A stretch of 64,000 nucleotides of DNA from Tubulanus polymorphus. Lineage: Eukaryota; Animalia; Nemertea. Location: positions 12,154,088-12,218,087 of the forward strand of contig NC_134031.1 in the NCBI RefSeq assembly GCF_964204645.1. The letters run 5' to 3'. Below, in pieces: positions 1 to 11,566 of this stretch (the first letter of the stretch is position 1; the number at the start of each line of letters is the position of its first letter). Under the pieces are notes generated by a model that ran no database searches, was not told where the DNA came from, and was given only the letters and a program-made list of their open reading frames with translations. A program made the translations under genes and the position numbers.

Positions 1-1
1 G

Positions 2-243
2 AAACCTATTGATGCTAGAAATCCCGAAAATGCTTAAATTGTTTGGAATAATTTATATGGGGCATTTCTTGTAGATGATTTTGGTGAACCTAAATTTAAA
101 GTTTGTCAAAATGTTAGAATTTCTAAGTATAAAAACTAAATTACTTAATTTAACTTATTAATTTTACTAGAGAAATATATAAGATAAAAAAAGTAATAAC
201 AACAAAACCATATGTCTATAAATTAGAATATTTGAAAGGCTGA
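2..243 (+). pseudogene. C-terminal remnant of a Polinton/Maverick-type (rve) integrase
   Basis: Manual translation gives KPIDARNPENA*IVWNNLYG...EPKFKVCQNVRISKYKN, then after a frameshift NFTREIYKIKKVITTKPYVYKLEYLKG. This matches the typical Polinton integrase tail (PKFKVGDxVRISKxK...WTxEIFxIxxV...YKL). It contains stops and is cut by the window edge. Confidence 0.7.
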
Positions 244-1399
244 ATCCAAGAACATGTCTATCGCACTTTTGAGCCCAAACGTCTACTTTTACTTAGTAGC
301 CAATAGAGAACAATAAGCAATTAACGATATCAGCTACTTTTCCAGTAGTATACATTTCAAAACAGTCACTCTGAAATAGTATTCCTTTCAATTCGGTTGG
401 TTTTCTATAGAAGCTGTTTTCGAAGAGTCTACTATTGAAAAGTGACCAGTTTAAAACATATGGTTTCGATAGTGCAGTAGAGGTGACTGTAAAACCACCC
501 GGCTGTAAACAGTGACTTTGTGATAGTAACTCTTACCGTAACAGCTACTCTCAGAACACATCGTTTCTAAAAGTCAACTATTGAAAAGTGACCATTTTGA
601 GATGGCATGGTAATTTCCTGTTCGAAATAGCAGCATCCATTAATACGAAAATGTAGTGCCAGTCCTAGAATTTTTAGAATTTTAAGATTTTTGTTTTACA
701 TTTGCGATTATAAAACATTCCGGTGCGTTCATAAATCTTTGATTTTGTAGAAAAAAAGACAAAAACATAAATTCGTCTATTAGGCTTAATTTGTTTTTAA
801 GGGTATATGAGAGAGGAATATACAAATAAAATCATATGTTCAGAAAATGAATTACGAAAAAAAAGTATCTAAAATACTTAGAATTAACCTTGAATTTATT
901 GTTTATTTCGATAGAAACGATTTTTAAGTAATCCATGTGATGTTCACTTTGTCACGCTGTCCTCTGCTTCTTCGTTAATGAATATTGAATCGTTTTATCG
1001 CTTGCTAGAAGTGATACCCTAATCAAAATCTTATTTCGTAGTTATACGGTTTGGTTGAAATGAAATTACCAACTTGTTATAAAAGATCAAAGGATTAGCG
1101 TTGAGTGTTGAGATGTTCACATAATTTTGAAATCAGCAATTTCATTTGATAGAGAAAACTTCGTTTGGCTTAAGAAGAGAAAGAAATGCGATAGGCTGTA
1201 ATTTCAGTTTCACTTACTTTCCTACTTTGTTGAGTTTATTGTTTATATAGGTTATCAAAAACCCAGCAGCAGCTATCGGTCAGCAGGTCAATTACACTGG
1301 CTAACTAGACAGTGATTGATGAACGAATGTTACTGCACTAACCACCAAAAGACCACAACCAAAAGTAATTATAATAGTAAATATAGCTGCAAAGCAGCG

Positions 1400-1660
1400 A
1401 TAACGGGTTTTCTGCACAGTCTTAGAATCCTGTTCAACGGTGGATTTCAACAAAGCATTTGATAAGGCTCAACATCAGCCATTACTAAAGAGGCTATTAG
1501 GAAACAGTATCAATGATAGGTCGCCCAAATGGCTCAGCAGTTATCTCTGAACGGAAACTTGTAACCGAAATCAACGGAACGCCTCATCTTGGAATGAGAC
1601 GGTCTAACTAGTGGAGTCACGCAAGGTAGTATCCTAAGTCGTCTTCTGTTGTAATGTCCT
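1400..1660 (+). mobile_element. Degenerate non-LTR retrotransposon RT fragment (CR1/L2-like)
   Basis: VDFNKAFDKAQHQPLLKRLLGNSI...KWLSSYL...EING...LTSGVTQGSILSRLL corresponds to the RT motifs DFxKAFD and GVPQGSILGPLLF. Confidence 0.75.
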
Positions 1661-1755
1661 GACAAATGACATACACAGTAATCCAAAAGATACCAGACCG
1701 AGTAAATTTCCAAAATGACCTTACCACACTGTTCGACCAAAAAACTTAATTTTCC

Positions 1756-2057
1756 GACAAAACCACGGGGACAAAACCAAAATTATGAATTGTCGCGGGT
1801 GACAAAACCAAAATATTGAATTGTCACGGGCGACAAAACAAAAATAATGAATTGTCGAGGGCGATAAAACCAAAATAATGAATTGTCGCGGGTGATAAAA
1901 CCACAATAATGAATTGTCGCGGGCGTTAAAACCAAAATATTGAATTGTCGCGGCGATAAAACCAAAATAATGAATTGTCGCGGACAACAAAAACAAAATA
2001 TTGAATTGTTGCGTGCGACAAATCCAGAATAATGAATTGTCGCGGGCGACAAAACCA
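1756..2057. repeat. 31-bp minisatellite, left part
   Basis: About 9 tandem copies of AAAACCAAAATAATGAATTGTCGCGGGCGAC and variants. Confidence 0.95.
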
Positions 2058-3460
2058 AACTAGGGGTCCAGGGACACCATGCTCCCTTGGGAAGTGGTTT
2101 CAAATGCTAACAATCTAACAATTTCAATACACAACGCCCTCTAGTGACCATACACAAAAACCTATGACCTTGAAACCCACCACAATCATAGAACATGTGA
2201 GCAGCTATGATTTTGTAATTGATTGTGATAACAAAATATGCCTCGTTACCAATTTAATAAGGAAATACTAAGTTATTCTACTATTCAACGCCCCTGGTGA
2301 CCATATGCAAAACCCAATGACCTTAAAACTCACCACAATTGTAGTAATTGTCATGAAATACAACTTTGCAATTGATCATAGTAACAAAATATGCCTAGGT
2401 ACCAATCTAATAAGGAAATACTAAGCCATTCTACTATTCAACGCCCCCTGGTGACTATATGGAATAACTAATGTCCTTAAAAACTCACCACAATCATAGA
2501 CGATGTCATGATCTACAACTTTGCAATGGATCATGGTAACAAACTATGCCTAGGTACCAATCTAATAAGGAAAAACTGAGCTTTTCTACTATTCAACGCC
2601 CCCTGGTGACTATATGGAATAACTAATGTCCTTAAAAACTCACCACAATCATAGACGATGTCATGAACTACAACTTCGCAATTGATCATGGTAACAAAAT
2701 ATGCCTTGGTACAAATATAATATAGCAATACTAAGTTATTGTATTATTCAACGCCCCCTGATGGCCACATACTAAAACCAATGACCTTGAAACTCACCAA
2801 AATCATAGAACACGTTATGGGCTATAACTTTCCAATTGAATATAGTAACACAATATGCTTAGGTATCGATTTAATGTGGAAAAACTTTTTCCCACCTACG
2901 AATGAGTACTGATGACACCAAGATGGCCGCCAATTGCGTCATAATTGGCTGATCAAAAATACCTGTCCCAGGTATAAAACATCCCTCTCTAAGGAATACC
3001 CATCAGCAATTGCAATGAGAAATGGCAAACCAGTAGGAAGCTACAGGACCTAGAATTATGGCCAAAATTGACATTTTTGGGCACTAAAAAGGTCATAGGA
3101 CGGCCATCTTGAGTCAGATCGACCCAATTTTCTTATGCTGATGGGCCTTCGGTAGATTCAAATATAAACGAAAGATCAAGGTAATTGATCGAAGCGTCTT
3201 CAAAATTTCCCACGAAAACGTTTAAAAAGTGCTGATTTTGGCGAACAACAATGGCTGCCAGTCGGCCATCTTGAATCTGACAGGGCCTGTTTTTGGGCTG
3301 ACGATGTGTCTAGGGTAGATACATGTATAAACCAAATATCAAGACATTACCTTGAAGCGTCTTCAAAACTTCCCAAAATAACTGGATTCCGTCTATGGAG
3401 GGACGGACGGACGAAAAGTGAACACAATAGCCCGCTGGGACTAAAGTCCAAAGTGGACTG
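2058..3460 (-). mobile_element. Non-autonomous Helentron/DINE-like element (copy 1) with ~155-bp internal tandem repeats, inserted in the satellite
   Basis: Begins AACTAGGGGTCCAGGGACACC and ends with a GGAC microsatellite and the hairpin TAGCCCGCTGGGACTAAAGTCCAAAGTGGACTG in an A-run. It has 5 units of ~155 bp. Paralogues lie at 9823 and 55660, and the satellite resumes on both sides. The Helentron class is inferred from the architecture. Confidence 0.75.
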
Positions 3461-5115
3461 AAAAAGAATTGTCGCGGGCGACAAAACCAAACTAATGAAT
3501 TGTCGCGGGTGATAAAACCAAAAATATTGAATTGTCGCAGGCGACAAAACCAAACTAATGAATTGTCGCGGGCGATAAAACCAAACTAATGAATTGTCTC
3601 GGGCGACAAAACCAAAATAATGAATTGTCGCGGACGATAAAAACAAAATATTGAATTGTCGTGGGTGATAAAACCAAAATAATGAATTGTCTCGGGCGAC
3701 AAAACCAAAATAATGAATTATCGCGGGCGATAAAACCAAAATATTGAATTGTCGCGGGCGATAAAACTAAAATAATGAATTGTCACGGGCAACAAAACCA
3801 AAATATTCAATTGTCGCGGGCAACAAAAACAGAGTATAAAACCAAAATAATGAATTATCGCGGGCGTCAAAACCAAAAACAAGAATTGTCGCGGGCGACA
3901 AAACCAAAATAATGAATTGTCGCTGGAGATAAAACCAAAGTAATGAATTGTCACGGGCGACAAAACCAAAAAAAGAATTGTCGGGGCGACAAAACCAAAA
4001 AAAGAATTGTCGGGGCGACAAAACCAAAATAATGAATTGTCGCGGGCGATAAAACCAAAATAATGAATTATCGCGGGCGATAAAACCAAAATATTGAATT
4101 GTCGCGGGCGATGAAACCAAAATAATGAATTGTCGCGGGCGACAAAACCAAAAAAAAAATTGTCGCGGGCGACAAAAACAAAGTATAAAACGAAAATAAT
4201 GAATTGTCGCGGGCGTCAAAACCAAAAACAAGAATTGTCGCGGGCGACAAAACCAAAATAATGAATTGTCGCTGGAGATAAAACCAAAGTAATGAATTGT
4301 CATGGGCGATAAAACCAAAATATTGAATTGTCGCAGGCGACAAAACCAAAATATTGAATTGTCGCGGGTGACAAAACCAAAAAAAGAATTGTCGGGGCGA
4401 CAAAACCAAAATAATGAATTATCGCGGGCGATAAAACCAAAATATTGAATTGTCGCGGGCGATGAAACCAAAATAATGAATTGTTGCGGGCGACAAAACC
4501 AAAAAAAAATTGTCGCGGGCGGCAAAAACAAAGTATAAAACGAAAATAATGAATTGTCGCGGGCGTCAAAACCAAAAACAAGAATTGTCGCGGGCGACAA
4601 AACCAAAATAATGAATTGTCGCTGGAGATAAAACCAAAGTAATGAATTGTCATGGGCGATAAAACAAAAATATTGAATTGTCACGGGCGACAAAACCAAA
4701 AAAAGAATTGTCGGGGCGACAAAACCAAAATAATGAATTGTCGCGGGCGATAAAACCAAAATAATGAATTGTCGCGGGCGATAAAACCAAAATAATGAAT
4801 TGTCGCGGGCGACAAAACCAAAATAATGAATTGTCGCAGGCGATAAAACCAAAATAATGAATTTTCTCACGCGACAAAACCAAAATAATGAATTATTGCG
4901 GGCTATAAAACCAAAATATTGAATTGTCACAGGCGATAAAACCAAAATATTGAATTGTCGCGGGCGACAAAACCAAAAAAGAAAATTGTCGCGGGCGACA
5001 AAAACAAAATATAAATCCAAAATAATGAATTGTCGCTGGCGATAAAACCAAAGTAATGAATTGTCGTGGGCGATAAAACCAAAATAATGAATTGTCGCGG
5101 GCGACAAAATCAAAA
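3461..5115. repeat. 31-bp minisatellite, main array, with ~350-bp higher-order repeat
   Basis: About 50 monomers. The variant block containing GTATAAAA recurs at 3834, 4183 and 4533. Confidence 0.95.
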
Positions 5116-5209
5116 TCATTGTTTTCTTGCGTTATTTCAGTTTTGTCGTAATGTCGCCCTCATTTGCATATTCGTGTTTTTTTATCTTATCAGCCACCGT
5201 ACTAAAGCT

Positions 5210-5530
5210 TTAAGCTGGCGTAAAACTCGATAAACACTTCAAGCGACACAGCGAACGATCTCCTTTCCCCCACAGCGAACGCTTACTCCGAATGTCAAGT
5301 GTGAGTCCAGCATACGGATAGGAGTGTGTTATATACTTGTATTTAGTAAATACCTTGTGGGTTTGACAATGATCGGTATGTACTGTAGGAAATATAGAGT
5401 ATTGATGGTATTGATATAGAGGGCCGCGGCCGAATAAAGTAATATATTCTTTTATTTTGATACCTCGTCGACATAACAGCTTTTCTCAGCTATATCTCTT
5501 CGGCGTGTTTAGTTTAGGCCTACGACTCAA
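5210..5530 (+). repeat. Dispersed repeat (unclassified); inverted paralogue at ~62810-63490
   Basis: TTTTATTTTGATACCTCGTCGACATAACAGCTTTTCTC here is close to the reverse complement of 63225-63262. Similarity extends about 300 bp. Confidence 0.8.
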
Positions 5531-6267
5531 AATATTCTGTTCCTAAAACATTTTTATAGTGTTTATGTGTTTTGAGATGTCTATTATAATTCCTTTTTGC
5601 TATAAATTCATTACAAACTTCACATTTTATTTAATTTAATCGTTGTTTTCTTTCATTGGAATTTTCTGTTTCAAAATCTATAACATTTTTTCTATGATTT
5701 TTAGCGTTTTCATGTCGTGCTTTATGAGATTTATCAATGTATTTTTTACAATACGTACAATAATATTGATTTTCATTAACATCAATTTGTTCTGCCTTAT
5801 TCCCCTCCATTTATAAGGAAAAAAAATTACTTGTGATGATGAGTGGGGATTACTTCCCCTTGTATATAACAAGCGCGCTATTAACCGTTCTCATCCAAGC
5901 CACCACAGCATCTATTTATCGGAGCACAGCTGACGCGCAATCACTGTACTACAGTAATAGCACACGCGTTAATAACCGTTCTCGGTAGCACCTCGATGTA
6001 TCGATCTATCCAAGCGCAGCTGTTGTTACGCGCACTCACTGTATTGTGTATCACAGAGCAATCGTCCGTTCTCACTAGCGCCTAGCTGTGATGAGAGGTG
6101 TCTCGTACTCTGGTATGAAATGAGTTATTTCACTCACACTTTTATGTTAAAAATCTAATTTTAATCAACTCGTTAATTACTTGTTACTTTTCTAAAACAT
6201 ATGAGTTATTTTAAAATAAATGAAATTCATGTAAATTAATGTTCATTTATATGAAATTATTAAGAGA

Positions 6268-6355
6268 AATAGGGAATTTAGGCTTCATTTTAGAGGTAGA
6301 GATGTTAAGTGAGCTCGCCCTCCGCCCTCTGGTATGAAAGCCTACTTTTCCTATT
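6268..6355. repeat. Imperfect palindrome, probably the end of a non-autonomous DNA element that includes the ~90-bp subrepeats at 5875-6120
   Basis: AATAGGGAATTTAGGCTTCATTTTAGAGG pairs with CCTCTGGTATGAAAGCCTACTTTTCCTATT. CTCTGGTATGAAA also occurs at ~6108, and CCGTTCTC appears three times in 5880-6075. Confidence 0.5.
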
Positions 6356-9300
6356 ACTGTTGTAGTGTTGTGGGTATGGATTCTTCACCAATGTTATGGT
6401 CGCATATTTCTACCAGCGTTGTGAATCGGGGTTGGGTTCTCCAACTAGCGTTGTGGTAATGATTTCTTTCGACGATGTTGCAAGGGACACTCTCTTAGGT
6501 CGGATCTCAGTCCTTGGTCTTGACTTTCTTACAAGGCTCCCAGATATAACTTAACAATTTCTTAAGTTATCTTTTCGTTTATTTTCTCTAACCAGATGTA
6601 TACAAGATCATTCCCCGGAGCTCTCCCTAAAACCTCTTCTCTCCAGCCTCCCTCTAAAGCTTTCTTAATCCCTTTTATATTATTTTATCTTTAGTAACGT
6701 GTGCAGGCCCTCTTCCACACATGGCTTGGAATTCATGGATTGTGACGTATTCATACGTCAAAACATTCCTCCCATCCATGTATGGGTGATGACGTATTTG
6801 CACACGTCACAATTATCTATAAATATCCCTTTGCACTCATCAGAGTCCATGGCCGCACCATATAAGGTTTACCTACGTAGACACATACGGCATCAACGCA
6901 GGTTATCTGGCAATAACAACACTGGGCATGAACTCCAGCTTCCGTACATTTATCTAAACTACTAAACTATCTGCACAACAGTAGCACCGGTTTACGCTTC
7001 TACGGTCTGTTCTCTAAGTGTGCTACGATCTAACTCTCAACTTTTCCCAAAGACCCTAACCCCCCATCATTTTCTCAACGGATCTACATCAATCTCAAGA
7101 ATGATAAAAATGGACCTACTTATAGATGTTACCGGAAAGCAAAAATTAGGATATTTTGGAAAAGTTGGCAAAAAAGGCTAACATTTTAGGGAGGCGCTAA
7201 AAATCTGGAATTTTAGGCCCATTTGCATGCCTGAACCATCCCTGCCTGGAAAGGGCATACGCGAATTCCAAATGGTTTTTCTGCAAATTAGCAGAAAACC
7301 CTAATAATCAACAGATTAGCAAGTGGGTTCCAAAAAGGTAGCAACGGAAAACCAAACGTGTGATAGTATATACATTTCATTTATTTGCTGTACTGACAAC
7401 ATGACCTGGCCAATTCAATCTAATGTCATTGGCGAGGGAACAGATTTATACCTGACCACTCAACAATTACTATACTATTGATATCCAACAGTGACTTAGG
7501 ACAAACATGATACTTAAAATACAAAATAAAACAATTAAATGTAGGTGTACAAAGCACTACATTGGGTTAACGGCAGATGGATGAATGCCAAAAGTGAATG
7601 CAAGATTTAGCAATCCCCTTAAACTATCAATATCTATACATAGACTCTTAATCATGATCAAATCAAGAACTGAACATTTAATAATGATATACAGTACATA
7701 GTAATGATAGTCAATTATACACGTAAAAAGTAAATGGTTTGTTGCAAACTTAGACCTCATCTTAGTTGGATTAACCGGGACCGAAATAATTGGCCCCAGT
7801 AATAATAGATCAGCAAAATATTCTAAAATTAGTATGCATGTGCATACTAGGGATGTTCAGTCAGTAACGATCACACATAATCGAAATATGTTCATGATTT
7901 GATATAGTGATATGGCCAAACAAATAGATACCTTGTTTCTCATTTCCAGCTGGGTGTGAAAATCTTAGGCTTACAGAACGGGTAAAAAAACCGGCCTGAA
8001 AATTAATTATTGGTATTTGTAAGAATTAAACAAGGAGCCTATTTGCTTATATAGCTTACTTAGCTGTGTGATAAGAAGCCGCATCTTCAAGTCATCATAT
8101 AAACGATTCGGGCAGATATAAGAATGTCTTCTCGTTCTTTTTTTCATTTTACGGTGGTTCAATCTTACCTGTACAGGAGGTCGCATTTTGTAAATCAGAA
8201 AACCCGATCAGAACTGTATATCTCAAACATGCATGCCTGTGCCCTTTTTTACTGACGGTCCATCAAAGTGCGTAACCCTGTTAGTTTGAGCATGATGCAT
8301 CCAGAAACCTAACTATGCACTGTATATTAGAAACACAAAACTGCCAAAAATACAATAAATTCCCCATGGGCAAAGTGGTTTACCTTGAAAACTGGAGCTT
8401 GTTTGGAGCAAGGGCATTGCTTATGGGAAATCTTTTTAGTTCTTGAGTTCTAAACTCTATTCTTACATTGTATTTTATCTTAATCAAGGAATTATTTTGT
8501 AGTCAAATGAGGCAAAAAATAAACATCTGTTTATGGTCCATGACTAAAATTTGGTAGGGTACAGGTAGGTAGGCAAATGATTTCAAATTTTGGAAAAAAT
8601 ATTTTTCACCATGTGAAAAATATATCATATTACCTATCAGAGGGTGGCTGAATATGGAAGTCTTGGGAACCTCTTCCAACGTAGGGCCGCGGAAGCTTAC
8701 ATACTGGTTCCGTAAAAAATTTGGCATATGTAAGTATATTGTTTTAAAATATTACCAATTGACCTCGACTTATATGCCGAGCGAGACAATAGCTTGTTGC
8801 TTAGTATTTTCAGGTCACAGCGTTTCATATCAAAGGTGCTTTTATTTGAAGGCCACTTGAATCAATGCATTCATACGTGCGTGAAGGCCATATGTGTAAG
8901 TTTGTGAAGTTATGTGAATGTTTGCTTACACTTCAATGGTCAATGAGAACAAACTACGGGTATTTAATGAAAAAATACCAACGGCGGATATATGCGAAAT
9001 GATTATATTCTCACAAGCTGAGCATTTGGAATTCGCACGTGTACAATATGTCCAATAAAACGTTTGCCATTTTATGGCTTTCTCATAATGATGCTAGTTA
9101 CAATACATAGCCGGAATTCCCAGAATTTCTTTGTATATCCCAACAGCCAATCTCAATCACTTGTGGAGACAATGCCCCAAGGTCATTGCAATTTGACATA
9201 CCACAGCTAAGAATTTTCCTGCCAAAAATAGTTTTTCGATGAATTTCAACGAAGCTGACCATGTCATCGACAGGTTTGCCATGTATACAATCACATCAGT

Positions 9301-9822
9301 TATACGTTGTCTAGGCCAAGAACCAATGAAACCTTCCAAAATCTTGATGTTTTAAATTAGGCAGCCCACAAAATCAATCCCAATGTCGCTTGCTGGTTTG
9401 GGCAGACTGGAAGATTGTGTGTGTTTCAAATTATGTACTTTTCGATTTAATATAAAAATACTGTAATTTCAACCCCCAATCGCACAATTCCTGTACTTCG
9501 ATTTCCAATTTCAAAATTAAACCCCCTGTTTCGCCCACAGCAGGTGTGGTCGGTTTGCAAGGGACAACACTCAAATCAAACGGAATCTACCAATTAGATA
9601 AATAACAGGGTCAGTCCACTTTACTTTTCATTATTTTCTTCTTAATTTATAATGATTTGGGCAATGATTCAGTGAAAAATGCAAAACAATGTTTTTGTAC
9701 TTTTCTTTGCCAAATGAAATTTAACAAAAGCGCAAGTTTCCTTTTTGACCATGGTTGGCAGGATTCCCACCTTCCAAGAACTATTGCCAATCAGTGCAAA
9801 CATGTTGTGCTAATAGTTCTTC

Positions 9823-11566
9823 AAACTAGGGGTCCAGGGACACCATGCCCATTTGGGAAGTGGTTTCAAATGCCCAACAATCTAACAATTTCAATATTTA
9901 ACGCCCTCTGGTGACCATACACAAAAACCAATGACCTTGAAACTCAATACAATCATAAAACATGTCAGCAGCTACGATTTTGTAATTGATCAGAGTTGCC
10001 ACTTATGTGAAGCTAAAAAATAAGCCGGGGGTCTGGGGGCCCTCCCCAAGAAAAACTTTTGAAATTAGAACGCCAGGAGATGCGTTCTGGCGCAATACGC
10101 GTTATTGGCCTCACTTTCATTACCGCCTATAGATCTTTTTTTCAAATAGCGATTGGTTCCGTCAAATACACCTCATATATAAACCAGAGCCAAAAAACAA
10201 ACGAAGCGTCAGTCGATTTCGATCGTCGCATCATCTTGGTTTAATCGTGTACTGCGGGGTTGTTGCCACTACGTGGCAGCACAATACGGCTTTTTCGACC
10301 CTCTATGGAGCCATCACGTTTTGATGTTTAGGGTCGAATCCCGAATTGATTTTATTTTTTTCGCGATGTTTTCTTGTGTGGTTATTTGACTTCTCCCGAA
10401 AATCCGGAAATGAAATTGGATTTTTTAAAAATCCGGAATTCCGGAGAAATCCGGAGAAGTGGCAACTCTGATTGATTGTGATAACAAAAAATGCCTCGTT
10501 ACCAATTTAATATGGAAATACTAAGTTATTCTACTATTCAACGCCCCCTGGTGACCATATTCAAAACCCAATAACCTTGTAACTCACCATATTCATAGAA
10601 CATGTCATGAACTACAACTTTGCAATTGATCATGGTAACGAAATATGCCTAGGTACCAATATAATAAGGAAATACCAGGTTATTCTACTATTCAACGCCC
10701 CCTGGTGACCATATAGAATAACTAATTTCCTTAAAACTCACCACAATCATAGATGATGTCATGAGCTACAACTTTGCGATTGATTGCGGTAACAAAATAT
10801 GTATTGGTACAAATATAATATAGAAATACTAAGATAATGTATTATTCAATGCCCCCTGGTGGCCATAGACAAAAAAAAATGAACTTGAAACTCACCCCAA
10901 ACATAGAACACATTATACGCTACAACTTTCTAATTCATTATTGTAACAAAATATGCTTAGGTATCAATATAATGTCGAAAAACATTTTCCCACCTACGAA
11001 TGAGTACTAATGACACCAAGATGGCCGCCAATTGCGTCATAATTGGCGGATCAAAAATACCTGTCTCAGGTATAAAACATTCCTTTACAAAGAATACCCA
11101 TCACAAATTGCAATTAGAAATGGCAAACCAGTAGGAAGCTACAGGACCTAGAATTCTGGCCAAAATTGACATCTTTGGGCACTAAAAAGGTCATAGGACG
11201 GACATCTTGAGTCAGATGGACCCAATTTTTCTGATGCTGATGGGCCCTTGGTAGATTCAAAAATATCGAAAGATCAAGGTAATTGATCAATGCGTCTTCA
11301 AAATTTCCCTCGTAAACTTCAAAAATGTGTAAAAAGTGCTGATTTTGGCGAACAACAATGGCTGCCAGTCGGCCATCTTGATTCTGACAGGGCCAGTTTT
11401 TGGGCTGAAGATGCGTCTAGGTTAGATACATGTATAAACCAAATATCAAGACAATACCTTGAAGCGTCTTCAAAACTTCCCAAAATAACTGGATTCCTTC
11501 TACGGACGGACGACGGACGAAAAGTGAACGCAATAGCCCGCTGGGACTAAAGTTCCAAGTGGGCTA
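9823..11566 (-). mobile_element. Helentron/DINE-like element (copy 2), carrying a nested MITE
   Basis: Same termini and body as 2058-3460, with 4 internal ~155-bp units. Confidence 0.8.
9991..10470. mobile_element. 480-bp MITE with 14-bp perfect TIR and 6-bp TSD (hAT-like)
   Basis: TIR CAGAGTTGCCACTT / AAGTGGCAACTCTG. ATTGAT is duplicated at 9985-9990 and 10471-10476. The empty site TTTTGTAATTGATTGTGATA is seen in the paralogue at ~2211-2230. Confidence 0.92.

Noticed and set aside
1756-5115. CRISPR-like array (31-bp palindromic repeat)
   Set aside because: Monomers are head-to-tail with no unique spacers, there are no cas genes, and the context is eukaryotic.
3347-5119. Long minus-strand ORFs (up to 450 aa) and those at 1721-2103
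   Set aside because: They are translations of the 31-bp satellite, open in several frames with periodic peptides.
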